Part shown: one piece after another, positions 1 through 9,304 of the stretch | How the letters are laid out: each line of letters begins with the position of its first letter | How positions within the stretch are numbered: position 1 is the stretch's first letter | Assembly (NCBI GenBank): GCA_041615815.1 | Contig: JBFJCP010000001.1 | Span: forward strand, 1-64,000 | Direction: 5' to 3' | Length of the DNA stretch: 64,000 nucleotides | Origin: Gemmatimonadales bacterium | GTDB lineage: Bacteria > Gemmatimonadota > Gemmatimonadetes > Gemmatimonadales > GWC2-71-9 | The notes under the pieces: generated by a model | What the model was told of the DNA's origin: nothing | What the model saw: only the letters and a program-made list of their open reading frames with translations | Database searches by the model: none | Translations under genes and position numbers: made by a program

Positions 1-2448
1 CTGCTGGCGGCGACCGGGGTGGCACTCGCCCGTTACGCCCGTCAGGACGAGATCGTGTTTGGGTCACCGGTGGCCAACCGTGAGCTTCCAGAACTCGAGC
101 GACTCATTGGGCTCTTCGTCAACGTGTTGGTGCTCCGGATTCCAGTCGACGCCAACGTGTCGTTCCGCACCGTGCTGCGATCGGTGCGGGATACGTGCGT
201 GGGCGCGTTTGGCCACCAGGAGATGCCGTTCGAGCGGCTCGTACAGGAGCTCCGGCCGGAACGTGACTTGAGCCGGACCCCATTGTTCCAGGCGCTCTTT
301 GCGTTCTTGGACACCTCCGGCGAGCCCCCGCGGATGGGTGACGTCACCTGGGAACCCTATCCGTGGATCCCCCCGGTGTCACGAACCGATCTTGCGTTTT
401 GGCTGGAGACCGCTGGCGGTGCCATCAGCGGGACTCTCGAATACAGCACCGACCTCTTCGATCACGACACCATTACACGTTTCCTGGAGCACTTCCAGAA
501 TCTCTTGCACGGCGTGACGGAAAATCCCGACCGCCTGGTCAGCGAGCTCCCGTTGCTGTCGGACGACGAACGCCGTCGCGTGCTGGTGGAATGGAACGCC
601 ACGGAGCACAACCTCGGGACCGAGCCGGTGCACCGCACGATCCGCGATCGGGCTGCGAGGGTGCCCGACACGGTGGCGATCGTCCACCAAGGTCGCGAGG
701 TCACGTATCGGGAGCTCGAGGACCGATCCAATCGCTTGGCCGCGTATCTGCTGCACATTGGCGTCCCGCCGGGCGCCCGCGTCGGGATCATGCTCGAGCG
801 TTCGCCGCGGATGATCGAGACCATGCTGGCCGTGTGGAAGACCGGAGCCAGCTACGTGCCGTTGGACCCCGAGTTCCCGTCAGAGCGCGTGGCGTTCATG
901 GCGGCCGATGCCGAGCTCTCGGCGCTAGTGACGGAATCGGCGCTACTGGAGCGGGTGCCGGAGTCGAGTGGCACCGTGGTGTCTTTGGATACCGCGGCCG
1001 AGGAGATCGCCACCTGCTCGGAAGCGGCAACGCCCATCACTCCCGGTGTCGACGATGTGGCCTATATCATCTACACCTCGGGCTCCACCGGACAGCCCAA
1101 GGGAGTCGAGGTCTTGCACCGCGGCGTGGCCAACTTCCTCGGGACGATGGTGCAAACGCCGGGCATCGAGCCCGATGCCGTTCTGGTGGCCGTGACGACC
1201 TTGTCGTTCGATATTGCCGTACTCGAGCTCCTGTTGCCGCTCACCGTGGGTGCACGGGTCGTGATTGCGAGTAAGGACGACGCCGCCGACGGACGGCGGC
1301 TTCAGGCACTGATGGAGCAATCGGGTGTCACCATCATGCAAGCGACGCCGGCGACGTGGCGATTGTTACTGAGTGCCGGGTGGGAAGGGCGGGGGGGAAT
1401 GACGGTGCTCGCCGGTGGAGAGGCTCTCGCTCCCGATCTCGCGACGGAGCTGCTCCAGCGCGCCGACACCGTGTGGAACATGTACGGTCCCACGGAAACG
1501 ACCGTCTGGTCTACCTGTCACCGCGTATCGGAAGCGGATGACCGGGTGCTCATTGGTCGTCCCATCGCAAACACCACGGTGTACGTGGTGGATGAGATGA
1601 TGCAACCGGTTCCCATTGGTGTCCCTGGCGAGCTGCTCATCGGTGGCGCTGGCGTGGCCAAGGGCTACTGGAAACGGCCACAGCTGACGGCGGAGCGATT
1701 CGTCCCCAATCCGTTCGCCCCGGCGGACGGACCCGTGTATCGGACCGGCGACCTGGTGCGTTTTCGCCCGCATGGTGCGCTCGAGTATCATCGTCGATTG
1801 GACAACCAGGTCAAAATCCGCGGTTTCCGGATCGAGCTCGGTGAGATCGAGACGGCTCTGAAACAGTACGAAGGCGTGGAGGATGCTGTGGCTGCGGTCC
1901 GAAGCTTCGGTCGTGGCGACGATCGCCTGGTGGCGTATGTCGTCCCCGCCGAGGGCCGGCAGGAACCCACGGGCACGGAGCTGCGTGCGTTCCTTCGCGA
2001 GTCGCTTCCAGCATATATGATCCCCGGGGCGTTCGTCACGCTGGACGCACTGCCCCTCACACCGAACGGAAAAGTGGATCGGAGGGCGCTGCCCGATCCG
2101 ACCGGCCTGACGGCAACGGCCGCCGCGCCGGTTCCGCCGCGCACCGAGACCGAGCGGCTGATAGCCGACATTTGGCAACAGGCGCTCGGGATCGCCGACG
2201 TCGGTGTGAACGACAACTTCTTCGATCTGGGCGGCCATTCGCTGTTGTCGATGCAGGTGATCGGGACGATCGAAGAGCGAACGGGCGTGCGACTGGGCGC
2301 ACGCGACATCGTGCTTCAGACGTTGGGACAGGTGGCAGCGATGTGTGAGAAACCTGCCGAGCCGGGGGATCAACCAGGGGCACCGGAGCACGGACTCGCG
2401 GCGCGGCTCGCCCGCTTCGTGAGAGGTGGACGGAAGGCATCGGCGTGA
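1..2448 (+). CDS. NRPS terminal module (partial C - A - PCP), 5' truncated by window edge
   Basis: Frame open from base 1. C-domain C-terminal motifs (IGLFVNVLVLR, HQEMPFERLV, PLFQ, LEYSTDLF); A-domain cores YIIYTSGSTGQPKG, SFDI, NMYGPTE, YRTGDL, PNGKVDR; PCP NFFDLGGHSL; only a short tail after the PCP, no TE/R domain. Confidence 0.97.
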   Translation: MLAATGVALARYARQDEIVFGSPVANRELPELERLIGLFVNVLVLRIPVDANVSFRTVLRSVRDTCVGAFGHQEMPFERLVQELRPERDLSRTPLFQALFAFLDTSGEPPRMGDVTWEPYPWIPPVSRTDLAFWLETAGGAISGTLEYSTDLFDHDTITRFLEHFQNLLHGVTENPDRLVSELPLLSDDERRRVLVEWNATEHNLGTEPVHRTIRDRAARVPDTVAIVHQGREVTYRELEDRSNRLAAYLLHIGVPPGARVGIMLERSPRMIETMLAVWKTGASYVPLDPEFPSERVAFMAADAELSALVTESALLERVPESSGTVVSLDTAAEEIATCSEAATPITPGVDDVAYIIYTSGSTGQPKGVEVLHRGVANFLGTMVQTPGIEPDAVLVAVTTLSFDIAVLELLLPLTVGARVVIASKDDAADGRRLQALMEQSGVTIMQATPATWRLLLSAGWEGRGGMTVLAGGEALAPDLATELLQRADTVWNMYGPTETTVWSTCHRVSEADDRVLIGRPIANTTVYVVDEMMQPVPIGVPGELLIGGAGVAKGYWKRPQLTAERFVPNPFAPADGPVYRTGDLVRFRPHGALEYHRRLDNQVKIRGFRIELGEIETALKQYEGVEDAVAAVRSFGRGDDRLVAYVVPAEGRQEPTGTELRAFLRESLPAYMIPGAFVTLDALPLTPNGKVDRRALPDPTGLTATAAAPVPPRTETERLIADIWQQALGIADVGVNDNFFDLGGHSLLSMQVIGTIEERTGVRLGARDIVLQTLGQVAAMCEKPAEPGDQPGAPEHGLAARLARFVRGGRKASA

Positions 2449-3224
2449 ATCCGTTCTACTTCGGCTCCTCGGCCGCTCCGATCTTCGGTGTGCTTCACCC
2501 CCCACATTCCTCTTCTGCAGCTGGTGGGGTGGTGCTGTGTCCGGCGGTGTGGGATGAGTATGGGCCCTCCCACCGTCCGTTTCGCCTGCTGGCACAACGG
2601 TTGGCCCGAGCCGGGTTCCCGGTGCTCCGGTTCGACTACCGCGGGTCGGGCGATTCCTTTGGTGACGAGCACGCGGCGAGCGTCGCGCAATGGCGTGAGG
2701 ACATCGTGATGGCGGTGCAGGAGCTCAAGGATTTGGGCCAGGTGGAGCAGGTGTCCTTGGTCGGTCTTCGCTTTGGTGCTACGCTCGCGGCCCTCGTCGC
2801 CGCCACGGACGTCAGGGTTAGGGATCTCGTGCTGTGGGATCCGGTCGTGCGCGGTGCGGATTGGCTCTCCGAGCTGCGACACCGTCATGCGGACCTCGTC
2901 ATGAACGTCTTGCGCTTGGCACCCACATCCGTCCAGGAGGACGGGCTGGTCGGGTTCCCGTGCGCTCCGCGGCTCGACAACGAGGTATCAGCCATCGATC
3001 TGGGTGCGGTGAGCGATCTGTCTGCCGAACGGGTCTTACTGCTGACGTCGGAGGAGCGTCCGGGGTACCGGGACCTCCGGCGCCACCTTGGGCGCCTGGG
3101 ATCCCAAGTCCAGTCGCAGCATGTCGCAGTCCAACCGATCTGGGAAGAGCGCGCGCTCTGGTCCAATACGCTCGTCCCCGTGGAAGTCGTTGGGCACATC
3201 GTCGAGTGGCTGACGTCGCCGTGA
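2445..3224 (+). CDS. alpha/beta hydrolase-fold protein (exosortase-associated hydrolase-2-like), nucleophile elbow GLRFG
   Basis: LRFDYRGSGDS, VSLVGLRFGATLA, LVLWDPVVRG; GTGA overlap with NRPS stop. Confidence 0.88.
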   Translation: MNPFYFGSSAAPIFGVLHPPHSSSAAGGVVLCPAVWDEYGPSHRPFRLLAQRLARAGFPVLRFDYRGSGDSFGDEHAASVAQWREDIVMAVQELKDLGQVEQVSLVGLRFGATLAALVAATDVRVRDLVLWDPVVRGADWLSELRHRHADLVMNVLRLAPTSVQEDGLVGFPCAPRLDNEVSAIDLGAVSDLSAERVLLLTSEERPGYRDLRRHLGRLGSQVQSQHVAVQPIWEERALWSNTLVPVEVVGHIVEWLTSP

Positions 3225-4120
3225 GTGTGCGCGAGCGGATCGCCCAGTTCGGAGACAAACAGCGACTGGTGGGGATCGTGACCGAGCCGGCGACGCCGTC
3301 GGCGGATCGTCCCGCCTTTCTCATCCTCAACGCGGGGATCGTCCACCGCGTGGGGCCCAATCGCCTGCACGTGCGGCTCGCCCGTGAGCTTGCTGCCGCC
3401 GGCTTCACGGTACTCCGTTTCGATCTGTCGGGTCTCGGCGATAGTGCGCCGCGCGACGACGGGCTCCCCTATCACCAAAGTCGGATCGGCGATGCCTGCG
3501 ATGCCATGGACTTTCTGTCAGAAACCCGGGGAATCGAGCGCTTCGTGGCGTGCGGACTATGCTCCGGAGCGGATCACGCATTCCGTCTCGCCTGGCATGA
3601 CCCGCGCGTGATCGGTGCGGCGATGATCGATGGGTATGCGTACCCCAGCGCCGCGTATCGGCGAACCCAGCGAACGCAGCGACTCCGCCAACTGGCGGGG
3701 CGTCTCCTGCATCCTCCCGCATGGAGACGCATCGTGACCGGGCAGCATCCCGCCATGAAGGCGTTCGCGCGTCGGCTCGGGATCGGGGCCGCCGGCGTAG
3801 GGCCCACTGCTCCGGTGGAGCGATTCGTCATCGACCTTCCGCCGCAGACCGTTGCCACCGAGCAGACGCAGACCCTCGCACAGCGGGGGACGCGCCTGCT
3901 CTTCATTTATACAGCGCAGCTCAGCAAGATGTACCAGCAATCCGCTGACGCCCGGGATGCGTTTCCGCCGCGGGGGGTGGGGGCGGCGGTTGCGGTCACC
4001 TGCCTGACCGGCGCGGACCACACGTTTACCCTTCGCTCGCATCAGCGGCGCCTGTTCGACGCCCTGCTGGAGTGGGCCCAAGCACAGTGGCCGGCGACGG
4101 CACGTCACGCCGCGAGCTGA
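3221..4120 (+). CDS. alpha/beta hydrolase (exosortase-associated hydrolase-1-like), Cys elbow GLCSG
   Basis: GTG at 3221 overlaps previous stop, in frame with ORF 2834..4120; HRVGPNR, LRFDLSGLGDS, GLCSGA, GADHTF. Confidence 0.88.
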   Translation: MSVRERIAQFGDKQRLVGIVTEPATPSADRPAFLILNAGIVHRVGPNRLHVRLARELAAAGFTVLRFDLSGLGDSAPRDDGLPYHQSRIGDACDAMDFLSETRGIERFVACGLCSGADHAFRLAWHDPRVIGAAMIDGYAYPSAAYRRTQRTQRLRQLAGRLLHPPAWRRIVTGQHPAMKAFARRLGIGAAGVGPTAPVERFVIDLPPQTVATEQTQTLAQRGTRLLFIYTAQLSKMYQQSADARDAFPPRGVGAAVAVTCLTGADHTFTLRSHQRRLFDALLEWAQAQWPATARHAAS

Positions 4121-4869
4121 TGCCGCTCGATGCGGTGCCGTGGGCTCCTCCGCCCAATGCGTGGCAGGATTCCGTCCGCAGCCTCGAAGCGGGAACGGTG
4201 CACCTGTGGCACGTTACGCTGGATGGGGATGCGGCCCCGTTTGCGACGGTCCTGGATGCCGAGGAACGTGCTCGAGCGGGGCGTTTTCACTTCGCACGGG
4301 ATCGGGAACGATTCGTCGTTGCCCGTGGAACTCTTCGGGTGCTCTTGGGCTCCTATCTTGGCACCGAACCCCGGACAGTGACGTTGGTCGCAAACCCATG
4401 GGGCAAGCCCGGGTTAGCTTCCGCCCACTTCCTTCGCTTCAACATGTCCCACGCAGGCACACTGGCACTCATTGCCGTAACGCGCGACCTAGAGATTGGC
4501 GTGGATGTGGAGCGACTGCGGCCATTAGACGACCTGGAACAACTCGTGCGCCGCTACTTCACTCCTGAGGAGGGCGGGGTGGTGCTCCGAGCACCGGACG
4601 AAAGCCGGGTGGCACTGTTCTTCGAATGCTGGACCCGAAAGGAAGCGCTGCTCAAGGCGTGGGGGCGGGGAATGTCGCTGCCCCTCGAAAAGGTAGATGC
4701 CGCGCTTGGGTTTGCGCCCGGAGCACGCCTCCCCGACGATGTGAACCCAGGAATCGAGGCGGGTGGCTGGTCGATCCATCGCCTCGCGCCGGCCGCGGGA
4801 TACGTTGGTGCCATGGCCATCGCGGCGCCGAGAGCGAGGATCGAGCAGTGGCGGTGGCAAGGGCCCTGA
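4120..4869 (+). CDS. Sfp-type 4'-phosphopantetheinyl transferase
   Basis: TGATG overlap; GKP, FNMSH, IGVDVE, WTRKEALLKAWGRG motifs. Confidence 0.95.
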   Translation: MPLDAVPWAPPPNAWQDSVRSLEAGTVHLWHVTLDGDAAPFATVLDAEERARAGRFHFARDRERFVVARGTLRVLLGSYLGTEPRTVTLVANPWGKPGLASAHFLRFNMSHAGTLALIAVTRDLEIGVDVERLRPLDDLEQLVRRYFTPEEGGVVLRAPDESRVALFFECWTRKEALLKAWGRGMSLPLEKVDAALGFAPGARLPDDVNPGIEAGGWSIHRLAPAAGYVGAMAIAAPRARIEQWRWQGP

Positions 4870-4903
4870 CGCCGCCCGAATTGCGCGGCGCGGGAACCAT
4901 GGG

Positions 4904-4935
4904 AAACGAAAGGGGTCGGGCAGATGCCCGACCCC
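4904..4935 (-). terminator. Rho-independent terminator between convergent PPTase and fasciclin genes
   Basis: Perfect 10-bp stem GGGGTCGGGC-agat-GCCCGACCCC (4912-4935) with AAACGAAA to its left (U-rich tract on the minus strand). Confidence 0.75.
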
Positions 4936-4958
4936 CGTCCTTGTCTCGGAATCCCCCC

Positions 4959-5450
4959 CTATGGAATCAAGACGGCATCGATGACATGGATGACGCCATT
5001 CAGTGCGATGATGTCGGTTTGAATGACATTTGCACCGTTGATCTGCACGCCGTCGGTGGCGTCGATGGTGATTGATCCGCCTTGAAGCGTGGTGGCACTG
5101 GTCAGATTCACGACGTCCGCCGCGAGAACCTCGCCCGCGACGACGTGGTATAGAAGAATGTCCGCGAGCGCGTCGGGATCCTGGAGGAGCGCATCCACCG
5201 TGCCCGCGGGGAGGGCGTCGAACGCGGCGTCGGTTGGGGCGAAGAGGGTAAAGGGGCCACCGGTCGCGAGGGTGGTTTCCAGGCCAGCCGCCTGGACTGC
5301 TGTCACCAGGGTCGAGAAGTCCCCGGCGGCAACGGCGGTTTCAACGATGTTCAAAGGCGCCGGCTCGTTCGTGTCACCGCAGGCCGCCGTGCCTAGGGCG
5401 AGGAGGACAGCACTGGCGGTTGCCATGGTACGGAAGCTGTTGAGTTTCAT
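4959..5450 (-). CDS. Fasciclin (FAS1) domain lipoprotein
   Basis: Signal peptide with lipobox-like [40 protein letters not shown]. Confidence 0.95.
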   Translation of the reverse strand: MKLNSFRTMATASAVLLALGTAACGDTNEPAPLNIVETAVAAGDFSTLVTAVQAAGLETTLATGGPFTLFAPTDAAFDALPAGTVDALLQDPDALADILLYHVVAGEVLAADVVNLTSATTLQGGSITIDATDGVQINGANVIQTDIIALNGVIHVIDAVLIP

Positions 5451-5509
5451 GATTTTATACTCCCAATAGACATAGCAGGTTGCTAGATTAGTCAGCCTTC
5501 ACACTCAAA

Positions 5510-5576
5510 AGATTGAGATCACGATCAGTGATGTCAAGTAATTGTCTAATAATAAAATTCTACAATACATGAACAG
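5510..5576 (-). promoter_or_regulatory. sigma70-like promoter of the fasciclin gene, overlapped by 11-bp TnnACA repeats
   Basis: Minus-strand TTGACA (5537-5532), 16-nt spacer, CAATCT (5515-5510); AT-rich island in a high-GC background. Confidence 0.55.
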
Positions 5577-5619
5577 AACACGTAGCTAACCATTCGCCGG
5601 AGCCACAGGAGTTGAACCA

Positions 5620-5920
5620 GTGTCCAGCAGGTGTCACGTGAAACAGAGATGCGTGTTACACCACAATGTGCTCGTGATCGTGGTCACGGGTGTCCTGGCG
5701 TGCGGGCGAGATTCCGCGCCTCGTCATTCACGGACGCGAGGACGGCATTCCACTCGCCGGCGCGGAGGCGTGGGTGGCGGGGCACCCAACGGCGCGACTG
5801 CTAGTGCTGTCTCCGGCGGGACACTTCCCGTTCTTGGAGCAACGCGAGCTATTCATGCAGGCGGTGGATGAATTCCTTCGAGGGCGCTGGCCGGCGGCGG
5901 TCGAGCGCGGCGGGGTGTGA
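5620..5920 (+). pseudogene. Internally deleted, frameshifted lipoprotein alpha/beta hydrolase remnant
   Basis: AGGAG RBS, then signal peptide/lipobox (VLVIVVTGVLAC) in one frame, joined near 5715-5720 to a hydrolase C-terminus in another frame (PRLVIHGREDGIP...AGHFPFLEQRELFMQAVDEFL). Confidence 0.65.
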
Positions 5921-5999
5921 TGGCGCGGACCGGGGCACGCGTTGACGCCGCGGGCGATCCGTGTAACCTCCTACGCGTCTCGCACACCCGAGTCACCAC

Positions 6000-7910
6000 A
6001 TGACCGTCAGCGTTGTGCTTCTGGCCCTTGCCGTGGTCCAGAGTGGCACCCAACAACTCCAGGTCGTGATCGATCCGCCGCAGTTCGAGTTGGCGGTGGA
6101 CTCGTCGCGGCGCCTCCGCGCGTTCATCCTCGAACCAAACGGCGGGCGTGAGCCCGCTACGGCGGTTCGCTGGCTCGTCAGTGATAGATCAATCGTGACG
6201 GTGTCGGACGACGGATTGGTCACCGCGCGCCGACCTGGTCGGGCACAGGTGATCGCGGTCGTCCGAGGCAACCCAACGTTCAGTGCCGTCACCGTTCCAC
6301 ACCTTCCTCCTGCTACGATCGAGGTTCGGATACCCACGCAGCCGCTTCTCGCGGGGACCAGCGTTCCCCTCACCGTCGTGACGCGCGACCGGCTCGGCGA
6401 GGAGCTCGCGGCACCGCCGCTTCAGATGCGCAGCGAATCGGAACACGTGGTCGCGGTCGATGCAGCCGGTCGGATCTTCGCGCGGAGCCCCGGCGCGGCG
6501 GCCGTCGAGGTCGCGGCCGGTGAGGTGACCACGCGGTTAGATGTTCGCGTGGTTCGCAACGAGGGGGCGACGTACGACATCGTCCCAGCGCGTGCATCGG
6601 TTCGCACGGGGGATGTGCTCCGCCTTCGCGTACGAGGGATGACGGGGGGCGGCCGGGAGATCGCTGAGCTGTGGCCGGCGTGGACCGTGAGCGGGCCCGG
6701 TGCACAGGTGGAAGCCGAGGGACACGAGGGTGTGTTCGTCGCCGAGCACGCGGGACCGTATCGCGTGAGCGCACTGATCGGTGAGGACCTCGTGCGCAGT
6801 GCCATCGTACGCGTGGAGCCCCGCGCCCTGCGCGGGCTGCTCGAGAAAGTAGGGCGCGGGCCGATCGCCACGCACCACTCGGGAGACATGTGGGTGTTTC
6901 AGGGCATCGACGGTCGGGATTACGCTCATATCGGCACTTTCATGCACGACTGGATGAAGGCATGGGATGTGACCGACCCCAGTTTACCGGTTCTCGTCGA
7001 TTCGATCCGCGTGGATGCTCGCAGGATCAACGACGTCAAGATTCATCCCAACAATCGGCTTGCGGTCATCACCCGGGAGGGCGCGTCTGATCGGCGCAAT
7101 GGGATCGTTTTACTGGATCTGACGGATCCCGCTCACCCCACGATCCTGGCCGAGTACACGGAATCGCTCACCGGGGGTGTCCACAACGTCTGGATTCGCG
7201 GCGAAGAGAATCTCGTTTATGCGTGTCATAACGGGACCTCCGAACTGCACATCATCGACATCGCCGATCCAACACGGCCCAGGGAAATAGGGCGTTGGGG
7301 ACTCCCCAAACAGGACAAGACGCTTCACGACGTGATCGTGCAGGATGGTTACGCATACCTATCCTATTGGGACGACGGCGTGGTGATGCTGGACGTGGGT
7401 GCGGGCACCCACGGAGGTACCCCCACCGTGCCTGTCCTCGTGAGTCAGTTCAAGTATCCCATTGGCCATACGCACACGGCGTGGCGGAGCGGTCGGTATC
7501 TGTTCGTCGGTGACGAGATCTATCCCAGCGGCTGGGATGCGGATGCGCCCATCGAGGCCCGAGGATACGTGCACGTGCTCGACTACGACGATCCCGCACA
7601 CCCGCGGGAAGTGGCTCGATATGAGATACCGGAGGCGGGCGCGCACAACCTCTGGGTCGAGGGCGACCGGCTCTATATCGGGTATTACCAAGCGGGCCTT
7701 CGCGTGGTGGACATCTCGGGTGAGCTCCGCGGTGACCTCTATCGTCAGGGTCGCGAGATCGCTGCCCTGAAAACCCTCGATGGGCACAGTACCGTGCCCA
7801 ACTGGCCCATGACGTGGGGTGCGCAGGTATATAAGGGGAATATCTTCACCGCCGATATGAATTCGGGTCTCTGGATCGCACGACTCATCGAGGAACGTCC
7901 CGTTCCATAA
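6000..7910 (+). CDS. Secreted Ig-like (BIG2) domain + LVIVD-repeat beta-propeller protein
   Basis: Signal peptide; W.VSDRSIVTVSDDGLVTAR Ig signature; repeats WDVTDPS, LDLTDPAHP, IIDIADPTRP, VLDYDDPAHP, LRVVDIS. Confidence 0.85.
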   Translation: MTVSVVLLALAVVQSGTQQLQVVIDPPQFELAVDSSRRLRAFILEPNGGREPATAVRWLVSDRSIVTVSDDGLVTARRPGRAQVIAVVRGNPTFSAVTVPHLPPATIEVRIPTQPLLAGTSVPLTVVTRDRLGEELAAPPLQMRSESEHVVAVDAAGRIFARSPGAAAVEVAAGEVTTRLDVRVVRNEGATYDIVPARASVRTGDVLRLRVRGMTGGGREIAELWPAWTVSGPGAQVEAEGHEGVFVAEHAGPYRVSALIGEDLVRSAIVRVEPRALRGLLEKVGRGPIATHHSGDMWVFQGIDGRDYAHIGTFMHDWMKAWDVTDPSLPVLVDSIRVDARRINDVKIHPNNRLAVITREGASDRRNGIVLLDLTDPAHPTILAEYTESLTGGVHNVWIRGEENLVYACHNGTSELHIIDIADPTRPREIGRWGLPKQDKTLHDVIVQDGYAYLSYWDDGVVMLDVGAGTHGGTPTVPVLVSQFKYPIGHTHTAWRSGRYLFVGDEIYPSGWDADAPIEARGYVHVLDYDDPAHPREVARYEIPEAGAHNLWVEGDRLYIGYYQAGLRVVDISGELRGDLYRQGREIAALKTLDGHSTVPNWPMTWGAQVYKGNIFTADMNSGLWIARLIEERPVP

Positions 7911-7990
7911 ATGGCGCAAGTCTGTAATCGAGCGCTTTGCCTCGCCCGTGGACGACGCCGATCATCGTATCAAATGTCGAGGGAAGACGT

Positions 7991-9304
7991 GTGACGAAAC
8001 GACATCGGGTCCCGACACTGAGGATCAGACGATGGCAGGCTACCGCCTGCCTGCTGCTCACCGTGGGCGCAGCATCCCCCCTTGCGGCGCAATCGTCTGT
8101 CTACGATCGCGAAGTCCAGCGGCTGGCCGCCCGCGCTGACGTCGCGGCCGCGCAGGCGTTCATCGACCGTGATCGGGAGCGCACGCGACAGGTTCTCATT
8201 GTGCTGACCGAAGTGCCAGCGCCCCCGTTTGCCGAAACGGAGCGGGGACGCGTGTATGCCGGGATGCTGCGTGATGCAGGGGCAGATTCGGTTTGGACGG
8301 ATGCGGTGGGCAACGTGCTGGCGCTCAGACGTGGGCGCACGCGGGAGCGCACGGTCGCCGTCACGGGGCACCTCGATACCGTGTTCCCGGAGGGGACGGA
8401 CGTGAGCGTGCGCGAGCGCGGCGATACGTTGTTCGCACCTGGGATCGGTGATGATACGTGGGGGATCACGGTGGTGCTCACGCTGCTCCGGGCCGTCGCG
8501 GCCGCCGACGTGCGGACCGACGCCGATCTCCTGTTCGTGGGGACCGTCGGGGAGGAGGGCCTGGGCGATCTTCGGGGCGTGAAACACCTGTTTCGGGAGG
8601 GCGGCGCTCGCATTGATGCATTCATTTCGGTGGACGGCATTGCCGTCGAGGGCATTACCCACGAGGGGTTGGGATCGTATCGGTACCGAGTGACGTTCCG
8701 CGGTCCGGGTGGCCACTCGTGGGGCGCGTTTGGGTTGGCAAATCCGCATCATGCGTTAGGCCGCGCCATCGCGCACTTTGCCCAAGGGGCGGACCGCTAC
8801 ACCCGGGAGGGGGCTCGCACCAGCTATAACGTAGGGCGCATCAGCGGCGGAACGTCCGTGAACTCGATCCCCTTCGAGTCGTCGATGGAGGTGGACATGC
8901 GCTCTGAGAGTCCTGCCCGTCTCGACGGTATCGATACCCTGTTCCACCGTGCCGTGCGGCGCGGTCTCGACGAAGAGAACGCCGTCCGACGCCGCGGCGA
9001 TTCGCTGACGGTCGACATGGCGCTGATTGGGAGTCGCCCGTCTGGCGAGATCGATGCAGCGACGCCGCTGGTGCAGCGCGCGTTTGCCGCGACGCGGTAT
9101 GTGGGCGTGGAACCACGAGGCAATCGCAGCTCGACGGATGCCAATGTCCCGATCGCGCTTGGTATCCCGGCCGTGACGATTGGCGGTGGTGGACGGGGAG
9201 GGGGCGCCCATTCCCTCGATGAGTGGTGGTACGATGCCGAGTCCACCAAGGGGATCAAGCGGGCACTGCTGATGCTCCTTGCCGAAGCCGGAATGGACTC
9301 ATGA
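7991..9304 (+). CDS. Secreted M20/M25/M40 family metallopeptidase
   Basis: HLDTVF, GIGDD, GEEGLG, GGHSW, STDAN, AHSLDEW; start uncertain (ORF open from 7937). Confidence 0.88.
   Translation: MTKRHRVPTLRIRRWQATACLLLTVGAASPLAAQSSVYDREVQRLAARADVAAAQAFIDRDRERTRQVLIVLTEVPAPPFAETERGRVYAGMLRDAGADSVWTDAVGNVLALRRGRTRERTVAVTGHLDTVFPEGTDVSVRERGDTLFAPGIGDDTWGITVVLTLLRAVAAADVRTDADLLFVGTVGEEGLGDLRGVKHLFREGGARIDAFISVDGIAVEGITHEGLGSYRYRVTFRGPGGHSWGAFGLANPHHALGRAIAHFAQGADRYTREGARTSYNVGRISGGTSVNSIPFESSMEVDMRSESPARLDGIDTLFHRAVRRGLDEENAVRRRGDSLTVDMALIGSRPSGEIDAATPLVQRAFAATRYVGVEPRGNRSSTDANVPIALGIPAVTIGGGGRGGGAHSLDEWWYDAESTKGIKRALLMLLAEAGMDS

Noticed and set aside
2834..3220. N-terminal extensions in the ORF track (here and at 9223, 11372, 18298, 19080, 20036, 35955, 39425, 48993)
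   Set aside because: They overlap upstream genes and lack homology motifs; true starts lie at the stop/start junctions.
5709..5727. GATTCCGCGCCTCGTCA resembles the tmRNA 3' end (possible att site)
   Set aside because: Short, imperfect match 45 kb away, with essential core genes in between and no integrase; most likely chance.
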